Both the position numbers and the translations under genes were made by a program. The notes under the pieces were generated by a model. The model was not told the DNA's origin. It did no database searches and was given only the letters and a program-made list of their open reading frames with translations. Positions 10,055 to 16,553 of a stretch of 64,000 bases of DNA are shown piece after piece. Origin of the DNA: Gemmatimonadaceae bacterium (GTDB lineage Bacteria; Gemmatimonadota; Gemmatimonadetes; Gemmatimonadales; Gemmatimonadaceae). The stretch is from NCBI GenBank assembly GCA_020853635.1, contig JADYYN010000199.1, positions 23,016 through 87,015 of the forward strand, given 5' to 3'. Within the stretch, counting starts at the first letter, position 1. Each line of letters starts with the position of its first letter.

Positions 10055-10086
10055 AGGTAGATTCAAGCCTACCTCAATCGAGGTAG
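10055..10086. promoter_or_regulatory. Candidate enhancer/UAS: three AGGTAG half-sites in alternating orientation
   Basis: AGGTAG(10055)-N8-CTACCTC-AATC-GAGGTAG(10086), lying between two divergent sigma54-like elements. Confidence 0.4.
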
Positions 10087-10104
10087 ACAACGTAAATTGT
10101 TTTC

Positions 10105-10117
10105 TATCAATCACTTA
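10105..10117 (+). promoter_or_regulatory. IHF binding site
   Basis: TATCAATCACTTA is an exact match to WATCAA-N4-TTR, in an AT-rich patch about 40 bp upstream of the -24 element. Confidence 0.6.
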
Positions 10118-10153
10118 CAGTAAACAGTTGACCCGCGGAGCATTCGGCGATTT

Positions 10154-10170
10154 TCGGCACCAGAGTTGCG
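10154..10170 (+). promoter_or_regulatory. sigma54 (-24/-12) promoter of lasso precursor A1
   Basis: TCGGCACCAGAGTTGCG: GG(10156-57)-N10-GC(10168-69), close to TGGCAC-N5-TTGC. Confidence 0.72.
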
Positions 10171-10180
10171 TTACACGTTT

Positions 10181-10247
10181 TCGGTACATCACGTACCCGG
10201 ACGCGTAGCGCGCGCGCCCGAACTCACCACCTCTGCAGAGGTTCACT
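10181..10247 (+). promoter_or_regulatory. Structured 5' UTR of precursor A1 (three hairpins, the last occluding the SD)
   Basis: GGTAC-atcac-GTACC; 23-nt hairpin 10198-10220; palindrome ACCTCTGCAGAGGT 10229-10242; all three conserved in the A2 leader. Confidence 0.6.
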
Positions 10248-10430
10248 GTGGCTTATCAGAAGCCGCTCGTGGAAAAGCTTGGTTCTTTCCGCGAGCTCAC
10301 CCGATTCGGGCTCGCCTCCGCTACGGACGGCGCCTCGATCTTCGGAATCGGCTCCCCGGGTTGCTCGACGACCTGGCTCGGGACGACGTACGAGATCGGT
10401 TGCCCTGAAGACGGTCCGACGACCTCCTGA
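10248..10430 (+). CDS. Lasso peptide precursor A1 (60 aa; predicted 41-aa core FGLASATDGASIFGIGSPGCSTTWLGTTYEIGCPEDGPTTS)
   Basis: GTG start with AGAGG SD; leader YQKP motif, Gly, Thr at -2; Asp at core position 8; upstream of the B1/B2/C genes; paralog of A2. Confidence 0.92.
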   Translation: MAYQKPLVEKLGSFRELTRFGLASATDGASIFGIGSPGCSTTWLGTTYEIGCPEDGPTTS

Positions 10431-10470
10431 GTCGTCGACCCGACTACTCGTCGGGTGCAAGTCAGGTAGT

Positions 10471-10510
10471 CGCAATGCCCGAATCGCACACAAGCGGTTC
10501 GGGCATTGCG
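10471..10510 (+). terminator. 17-bp stem-loop after A1 (terminator or 3' stabiliser)
   Basis: CGCAATGCCCGAATCGC-ACACAA-GCGGTTCGGGCATTGCG followed by TCGTTCT. Confidence 0.7.
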
Positions 10511-10737
10511 TCGTTCTCGTGTTGCTGGCCGTGTCGTCTTCGGCCTGTGTTTGTTGCTTCGCCAGCGTCCAAGTCGTCAAATATGTTGCTTCCGCGCGAC
10601 GCCTTCGGACGTTTGTTGCAGCGAAGAACTGCGTCAGATTCACGTGATTGCGCTCAGGAAAAACCCGACGAGCCGCTAACCTATTGGAAAGATGCGGGTT
10701 GCGCATGTGAACATCTGCTGAACAGCGTAGGACCAAC

Positions 10738-10754
10738 GGGGCCTAAAAGTTGCT
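10738..10754 (+). promoter_or_regulatory. sigma54 (-24/-12) promoter of lasso precursor A2 and the downstream operon
   Basis: GGGGCCTAAAAGTTGCT: GG(10740-41)-N10-GC(10752-53), exactly the same offset from the start codon as in A1. Confidence 0.65.
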
Positions 10755-10764
10755 GTTCGGGTCA

Positions 10765-10831
10765 TCGGTACTCTCGGTACCCGAGCATGTGGCGCGCATG
10801 CTCGAACCCGTCACCTCTGCAGAGGTACTAC
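10765..10831 (+). promoter_or_regulatory. Structured 5' UTR of precursor A2
   Basis: GGTAC-tctcg-GTACC; CGAGCATGTG-GCG-CGCATGCTCG (10782-10804); ACCTCTGCAGAGGT (10813-10826). Confidence 0.6.
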
Positions 10832-10993
10832 ATGGCGTATCAGAAGCCCCTTGTCGAGAAGTTCGGCTCGTTCCGCGAGCTCACGCAGCTCGGACTCTCG
10901 TCGGCGTCAGATGGCGCGTCGATCTTCGGAATCTCGGGTTGCCAGACCGGTCCGATCTCGCTCGGATGCCCCACCGACCCGACGACGTCCTGA
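10832..10993 (+). CDS. Lasso peptide precursor A2 (53 aa; predicted 34-aa core LGLSSASDGASIFGISGCQTGPISLGCPTDPTTS)
   Basis: ATG 10832 with AGAGG SD; leader MAYQKPLVEKFGSFRELTQ is 17/19 identical to that of A1; Asp8; hidden at the end of a longer track ORF. Confidence 0.92.
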   Translation: MAYQKPLVEKFGSFRELTQLGLSSASDGASIFGISGCQTGPISLGCPTDPTTS

Positions 10994-11037
10994 GTCGTAC
11001 GGCTGGCATTCCTGCTGGCCGCGCAATGGTAGATTAC

Positions 11038-11069
11038 GTGCCCGCGTCGCGTTCGCGCGACGCGGGCAC
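11038..11069 (+). terminator. Perfect 14-bp GC-rich stem-loop between A2 and B1 (mRNA stabiliser or attenuator)
   Basis: GTGCCCGCGTCGCG-TTCG-CGCGACGCGGGCAC; no U-tract. Confidence 0.65.
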
Positions 11070-11103
11070 TGACGCATCCTCTCCCAACGATCCGCTCAAC
11101 GCC

Positions 11104-11403
11104 GTGACGCTCCCCCGAACCAACCCCGGTGTCGTGTTTCAGAAGCTCGAAGAGGGCGCCGTGCTCTTCGCCCCGGCGACAGAACTCTATTTCGGGCTGA
11201 ACGACGTCGGCGCGATGATCTGGGAGCTGCTGCCACGGGCGCGCTCCCACGACGAAGTCTACACCACCCTGCACACCACCTTCCCCGACGTGGACCTCGG
11301 CGTGATTCGAGCGGACGTGGATGACCTCCTGGCCCGCCTGCTCGCCGAGGGGCTGCTCGTTGGCCCGGTGTCCTCCGGCGGTGATGACGCACCCGGCCGC
11401 TAA
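11104..11403 (+). CDS. Lasso peptide B1 protein (PqqD-family RiPP recognition element)
   Basis: EEGAVLF...YFGLNDVGAMIWELL...ADVDDLLARLLAEGLL; GTG start chosen downstream of the hairpin. Confidence 0.9.
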   Translation: MTLPRTNPGVVFQKLEEGAVLFAPATELYFGLNDVGAMIWELLPRARSHDEVYTTLHTTFPDVDLGVIRADVDDLLARLLAEGLLVGPVSSGGDDAPGR

Positions 11404-11824
11404 ACTCTTCGCGCTTGGCTTCAGCGGCTGGCGAGACCTTCTGAGAGCGCAGCGCGCACTCCTACGCGCGCGGCGACAGCTACGCACAGAGCCGCTCGGC
11501 TCACTCGCGATCCGGGCGTCCGTTGACCCTGCGACGGTCACCGGTGACGCTCGTCGTGCCAATGAAATCGCCCTCGCCGTCATGCGCACCGCCGAGCGCG
11601 GGCTCTTCAGGCCGTATTGCCTCGTGCAGAGCCTCGCGCTGCGCGAGCTCTTGCTCGCCGATGGCATCACCGGGGTGAGCATCCGCATCGGCGTCCGCCG
11701 GCACCGCGGGGTGTTCCAAGCACACGCGTGGGTGCGGTGGGGAGACGTCGTACTCGGCGACAGCGCCGAGCACGTGGCGACCTTCACCGAAGTGGATGAC
11801 CTGCGTGTGATGGGCGAGACATGA
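11384..11824 (+). CDS. Lasso peptide B2 leader peptidase (transglutaminase-like)
   Basis: CLVQSLAL and AHAWV catalytic Cys/His motifs; IGVR. Confidence 0.92.
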   Translation: MTHPAAKLFALGFSGWRDLLRAQRALLRARRQLRTEPLGSLAIRASVDPATVTGDARRANEIALAVMRTAERGLFRPYCLVQSLALRELLLADGITGVSIRIGVRRHRGVFQAHAWVRWGDVVLGDSAEHVATFTEVDDLRVMGET

Positions 11825-13773
11825 GCGCGGTCGCGGCGATCATCGGTGGTGATCTGCTGGCTGGGACGCAGACAACCGGTCGCGTCGAGCGCATGCTGCG
11901 CGCAATGGCCTCGACCGGGGGAACGGAGCAGCAGCTCATCGTGCCCTATCCGGCGGCCCCCGCGACCACGGTCGCGTTCGGGGTCCGTGCGCACCAGTGG
12001 GAACTCGCGTGGCGACCCTTCGCCGTCGCGACTGCGGGCGCACTCACCGTCGCGGCCGACGCCACGCTGTTCCACCGCGACGACCTGCTGCGGTCCCTTG
12101 AGCGGCCGACGGGGAGTGTGATGAACGATGCCGCGCTCATTCTCGCGGCCTACGCGCGGTGGGGCAGCGCCGGCATCGCACGACTCGAAGGCGAGTTCGC
12201 GTTCGTCCTCCACGACCGTGACACCGCACGTGTGATCGCGGGGCGTGACTTCGCCGGACTACGTCCGCTCGTGTTCGCGACCGTCGATGACACGATGCTG
12301 CTCGCCTCTCGCGCCGAGGGGTTACTGTGCGACCCCGCCGTCCCGCGCGCGCTCGACTACGCGAGCCTGACCACCGTAGCCGCGGGTCTCTGGAGCCACA
12401 GCCCACAGACCGTGTTCCGGTCGATCCGTGAGCTGCCCGCTGGTCATCTCGTCGTCGCCGAGTTGGACGCGACCGGGAGACTCCGGTCGGCGCCCCGCGT
12501 CGAAGCGTTCTGGTCGCCGCCACCACGCGTGGAGACGGGTCGACTCCCGTTGGGTCCTGCGGCGGAGGAGCTGCGCGCGCTGTTGATCGACGCGGTGCGC
12601 GAACGCATCGCTCCCGACGGCCCGACATCCATCTCACTGAGCGGTGGTTGGGATTCGTCGGCGGTGGGCAGCGCCGCGACGCTCGTGCTGTCGGGCGCGG
12701 ACCGCACGCGACTCCGTCCGGTGAGTATCTCGTATCCGCCCGGCGACCCCGGGCGCGAGGATGAGATCATCGAGACCGTCACCACGGCGTGGGGTGTCAC
12801 GCCCGCGTGGATCCCGGTGGACGAGATCCAGCTGCTCGGTGGAACGATCGGCGATCCGATCGCGGAGGCGGCCGCTCGCGCCTTGCCGTTCGCGCACAGC
12901 TACGAGCATTGGAATCGCGCGCTCTCCCGCCGCGCGCGCGCCGCGGGCTCGCGCGTGATCCTCGATGGCGTCGGCGGTGACCAGTTGTTCCAGGTCTCCG
13001 ACATCTACCTCGCCGATCTCTTCGCGCGTGGTCAGTGGCTCGAACTGGCGACCCAGTGGCGCGCACGCGGCGGACGGAGTCTTCGCGATCTGTGGCAGTG
13101 GGCCGTGCGCCCCGCATTGCCGGACGCACTGAACCACGGCTTCGCCCGGCTTCGCGGTGCACCGGCCGCGCCGGACTACCTGACCCGGCGCCCTCCGATG
13201 TGGTTCCGTGCGAAGTTCCTCGCGCAACACGATGTCATGGCGCGCGAACTCGCCTCGCGTCCCGTGGCCCCCCGGGGAGACCGCGTGCTCGTCGAGACGC
13301 ACGCGTTCCTGCGGTTCGCGTTCTTCACCCGCGTCGTTGCGCTGCTGCGCGGGTATGCACTCGAGGAAGGCGTCGCCCTGCGCTCGCCTCTCCTCGACGA
13401 CCGCGTGGTGCGCTTCGCCGCGCAGCGACCCTGGAGCGAACGGGCCGACCGCAAGGAGACCAAGATCCTTCTGCGCAAGGCGATGGAGGGTCTCATCCCG
13501 CCGCAGGTCATCGCCCCGCGCACGCACCGGACCGGGATCACGTCGGCATATTTCCTGCGCCAGTTGCGTGGTCCCGCCCGGCCCGTGCTCGAGTCGCTGC
13601 TCACGGACCCCGTGCTCGCGTCGATCGGGATGATCGATCCCGTGCGCCTGCGTCGGGCATGGGAGCACGTGCTTACGCACGACGACGATGAGACCGGCGC
13701 CCGCGTGTTCTTCACCCTGCAGACCGAACTCTGGCTGCGCAGTCGTTCCGATCTCCTTCCCCAGTCGACGTGA
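11821..13773 (+). CDS. Lasso peptide cyclase (asparagine synthetase-like C protein)
   Basis: SLSGGWDSS PP-loop, DGVGGDQLF, RSPLLDDRVV; RDFAGLRPL; no N-terminal catalytic Cys; coupled to B2 by ATGA overlap. Confidence 0.9.
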   Translation: MSAVAAIIGGDLLAGTQTTGRVERMLRAMASTGGTEQQLIVPYPAAPATTVAFGVRAHQWELAWRPFAVATAGALTVAADATLFHRDDLLRSLERPTGSVMNDAALILAAYARWGSAGIARLEGEFAFVLHDRDTARVIAGRDFAGLRPLVFATVDDTMLLASRAEGLLCDPAVPRALDYASLTTVAAGLWSHSPQTVFRSIRELPAGHLVVAELDATGRLRSAPRVEAFWSPPPRVETGRLPLGPAAEELRALLIDAVRERIAPDGPTSISLSGGWDSSAVGSAATLVLSGADRTRLRPVSISYPPGDPGREDEIIETVTTAWGVTPAWIPVDEIQLLGGTIGDPIAEAAARALPFAHSYEHWNRALSRRARAAGSRVILDGVGGDQLFQVSDIYLADLFARGQWLELATQWRARGGRSLRDLWQWAVRPALPDALNHGFARLRGAPAAPDYLTRRPPMWFRAKFLAQHDVMARELASRPVAPRGDRVLVETHAFLRFAFFTRVVALLRGYALEEGVALRSPLLDDRVVRFAAQRPWSERADRKETKILLRKAMEGLIPPQVIAPRTHRTGITSAYFLRQLRGPARPVLESLLTDPVLASIGMIDPVRLRRAWEHVLTHDDDETGARVFFTLQTELWLRSRSDLLPQST

Positions 13774-14744
13774 CGCTGGTCCACGCTTCGCACCGATACG
13801 CCGTGTATGGCGCCTGCCTCGCGTCGGAACTCCTGTTCCCGGAGTTGCCGTCGGCCGACGCCGGCGCGACGCCGCGCTGGGAGTTCACCACGACGCCGGC
13901 ACTCGCGCCCATGCAGGACGAGACCGCGATCGGAGACGACCATATCTACGGCAGCGTGCACGCGCGCCTCTTCGCGCACGCCACAGGGCATCGGATCGTC
14001 GTCGACGACACCGGCGTCTTCGACATCAGCTTGGACCGACGGCGACTGCAGTGGGAACAGCGCGCGGATGCGTGGCCGGACTTCGTGCGCTCCCATCTCA
14101 CCGGCCGCGTGATCGCGACGGCGCTGTATCTCGACGGCCTGCTGCCGTTGCACGGCAGTGCGGTCGAGACCGCCGACGGCGTGATCGGATTCCTCGCGCC
14201 CAAGGGGTACGGCAAGTCCACGCTCGCGTGGGCACTCACGCAAGCCGGCGCACGCCTCGTCACCGACGACACCCTTCCCGTCGAACTGCTCGCCCGCGAC
14301 ACCGACAGCTCACGGGCACCGAGCGTGATGGCGTGGCCCGGTGTGCACAGTATGCGCCTCAAGGAGGACACGCTCCGCGCGGTCGGCGATGCCCCGCAGA
14401 CGCTCGGCACCAATGAGGGCAAACAGGTCGTCACCGATCTCCCCGAGGCGCGCCGCCTCACACACCCGCGTCCGCTCGTCGCGCTCTATCTGCTCGACCC
14501 CGTGCATCCCGACGGCGTCGAGGTCCAGTGGACCGCACTGCCGCCCATGCTCGCGGCGATCAGCGTGGTCGCGCACGTAAAGATCGGCCGCATGCTCGGG
14601 GCCGCCGCCGCGCCGGTGATGCTCGAGCGCGCCGCCACCATCGCGCGCTCCGTTCCGGTGCGACGCCTCCAGATGCCGCGCGAGCTCACCCGCGTCCGCA
14701 CGATCGCTGACACCATCCTCTCGTGGCACGGCGGGGTCGCATGA
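13770..14744 (+). CDS. HprK-related lasso peptide kinase (PadeK/ThcoK-like)
   Basis: LHGSAV...APKGYGKST...LVTDD motifs; inside the lasso operon. Confidence 0.85.
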   Translation: MTLVHASHRYAVYGACLASELLFPELPSADAGATPRWEFTTTPALAPMQDETAIGDDHIYGSVHARLFAHATGHRIVVDDTGVFDISLDRRRLQWEQRADAWPDFVRSHLTGRVIATALYLDGLLPLHGSAVETADGVIGFLAPKGYGKSTLAWALTQAGARLVTDDTLPVELLARDTDSSRAPSVMAWPGVHSMRLKEDTLRAVGDAPQTLGTNEGKQVVTDLPEARRLTHPRPLVALYLLDPVHPDGVEVQWTALPPMLAAISVVAHVKIGRMLGAAAAPVMLERAATIARSVPVRRLQMPRELTRVRTIADTILSWHGGVA

Positions 14745-15757
14745 CGCTCATCACCATCGAAGGACTCTCCAAGCGCTTCCCCGTGCAGCGCACGTGGCGC
14801 GAGTCGGTGGCCGCGCCGTTCGCCCGCCCTACCGCGCCCGCGGTGAGCGACGTCTCCTTCAGCGTGGACGAAGGCGAGATCTTCGGTCTGCTCGGCCAGA
14901 ACGGCGCGGGCAAGACGACGTTGTTCAAGATGCTCTCGACGCTCATCCTGCCGGACGCCGGCGACGCGACCATCGCGGGTCATGATGTGCGCACGGAGCC
15001 CGATGCCGTGCGTCGACTGCTCGCGCCCGTCATCGCCAACGAGCGCACGCTGTACTGGCGTCTCTCCGCGCACGAGAACCTCCGGCTCTACACCTCGCTG
15101 CAAGGGGTGCACGGCGCCGCCGCGCGCGCGGAGATCACCCGCGTGCTCGGGGTCACCGGTCTTTCCGACACCGGCGAGAAGATGGTCGGACTCTTCTCGT
15201 CGGGGATGCGCCAGCGCCTCCTCATCGCGCGTGCCCTGCTGGCGCGGCCGCGGGTGCTGTTGCTCGATGAACCGACGCGGAGCCTCGACCCGATCTCCGC
15301 CCGCGACTTCCGCAGCTTCCTCCGCGAAACCGTGGTGCAGCGCGAGGGCTGCACGGTGCTGCTCGCCACACACGACGCGGACGAGGTTTGGGACCTCTGC
15401 GACCGGGTCGGCGTCCTGGAGCGCGGACGTCTGCTCGCCGTCGATGCGACCGCCGCGCTGCGACACCGCTCGGGCAGCGATGCGTATCGCGTGTGGTTGC
15501 GCGCGGAGGACGGTGAGGCGGCGGCCGCGGCCGCACGCGTCGCCGGGTTCGAACTCCGACGTCGCGGCGCGGCCCCGGAAGCCGGTTGGGAGGAATGGAG
15601 CTGTGCGATCGACGGTGGCGCGGAGGTGGCGGCCCGTGCACTCGCGGCGATCGGTGCCGACGGGCGCGCGGTGGCGCGATTCGAACGTGCGGCGCCCTCG
15701 CTCGCTGATCTCATCGAGCGCGTACTCATCGCGGCGAAGGCGGGCGCACATGCGTAG
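14741..15757 (+). CDS. ABC transporter ATP-binding protein
   Basis: GQNGAGKTT, FSSGMRQR, LLLDEPT. Confidence 0.92.
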   Translation: MTLITIEGLSKRFPVQRTWRESVAAPFARPTAPAVSDVSFSVDEGEIFGLLGQNGAGKTTLFKMLSTLILPDAGDATIAGHDVRTEPDAVRRLLAPVIANERTLYWRLSAHENLRLYTSLQGVHGAAARAEITRVLGVTGLSDTGEKMVGLFSSGMRQRLLIARALLARPRVLLLDEPTRSLDPISARDFRSFLRETVVQREGCTVLLATHDADEVWDLCDRVGVLERGRLLAVDATAALRHRSGSDAYRVWLRAEDGEAAAAAARVAGFELRRRGAAPEAGWEEWSCAIDGGAEVAARALAAIGADGRAVARFERAAPSLADLIERVLIAAKAGAHA

Positions 15758-16550
15758 CATCCTCGCACTCATGCGCGCGGCGTGGTTGACGGGCTTGAGC
15801 TACCGGCTCGCGACCGTGATCTCGCTGGCGGGACTGCTCGCCTCGGTGGTGCCCATCTATTTCATCTCGAACGCGGTACAGGACGTCGCGGAAGCGTCCA
15901 TCGCCCTTGAGGGCGGCCAGTATTTCGCGTTCATCGTCTTCGGCACCGCCGCCATGTATGTGCTCGCGGCGGCACTGTCCGCGCTGCCCTCCGCACTCTC
16001 GGGGAGCATTGGCAGCGGCACCTTCGAGTCGCTGTTGGTGACGCGCACCCCGCTGCCCTTGTTGCTCATCGGCATGGCAGGGTATCCGCTGCTGCAGAGT
16101 CTGCTCCGCGCCGCATTGCTCCTCGGCGGTGCGCTGGTGCTCGGGGTCCAGCTCCGCTGGACGATGCTGCCTCCCGCGCTCGGCATCGTCGCGCTCACCA
16201 TCACGGCGTACGCGTCGATCGGCCTGCTGGCGGCCTCGCTCATCCTCGTCTTCCGCACCGCCGGTCCGCTGATCACGGTGGTGACGTCGGGGTCCGCGCT
16301 GCTCGGCGGCGCGTACTACTCGACGACCGTGATCCCAGGGTGGCTGCAGTCGTTGTCCGGGATCGTGCCACTCACCTACGCGCTGCGTTCCGTTCGACGG
16401 CTGCTGCTCGGCGATGCATCGCTGGTGGATGTGTCCTCCGACGTGGGGATGCTCGCATTGCTCGCGGTCACCGGGCTCGCGATCGGCATGCTCGTCTTCG
16501 GCGCCGCGTTGCAGCACGCGCGCCGCGCGGGCACGCTCTCGCAGTACTGA
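15750..16550 (+). CDS. ABC-2 type permease
   Basis: About 6 TM segments, GTFESLLVT, VPLTYALRSVR; ATG at 15750. Confidence 0.88.
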   Translation: MRSILALMRAAWLTGLSYRLATVISLAGLLASVVPIYFISNAVQDVAEASIALEGGQYFAFIVFGTAAMYVLAAALSALPSALSGSIGSGTFESLLVTRTPLPLLLIGMAGYPLLQSLLRAALLLGGALVLGVQLRWTMLPPALGIVALTITAYASIGLLAASLILVFRTAGPLITVVTSGSALLGGAYYSTTVIPGWLQSLSGIVPLTYALRSVRRLLLGDASLVDVSSDVGMLALLAVTGLAIGMLVFGAALQHARRAGTLSQY

Positions 16551-16553
16551 GCG

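Noticed and set aside
10475-10993. 172-aa ORF in the track
   Set aside because: Only the last 53 codons (from ATG 10832 with its SD) match precursor A1; the upstream part runs through the terminator and promoter.
10424-10998. Selenocysteine or read-through at the UGA stops of the precursors
   Set aside because: The UGA lies in the hairpin loop rather than 5' of a SECIS-like stem, and a C-terminal Ser fits the kinase logic.
10750-11103. N-terminal extension of the B1 ORF
   Set aside because: It overlaps precursor A2 out of frame and a strong hairpin; the PqqD-like domain starts near 11104.
11821-13773. Housekeeping asparagine synthetase AsnB
   Set aside because: It lacks the N-terminal catalytic Cys and is coupled to B1/B2 and precursors, so lasso cyclase is the better call.
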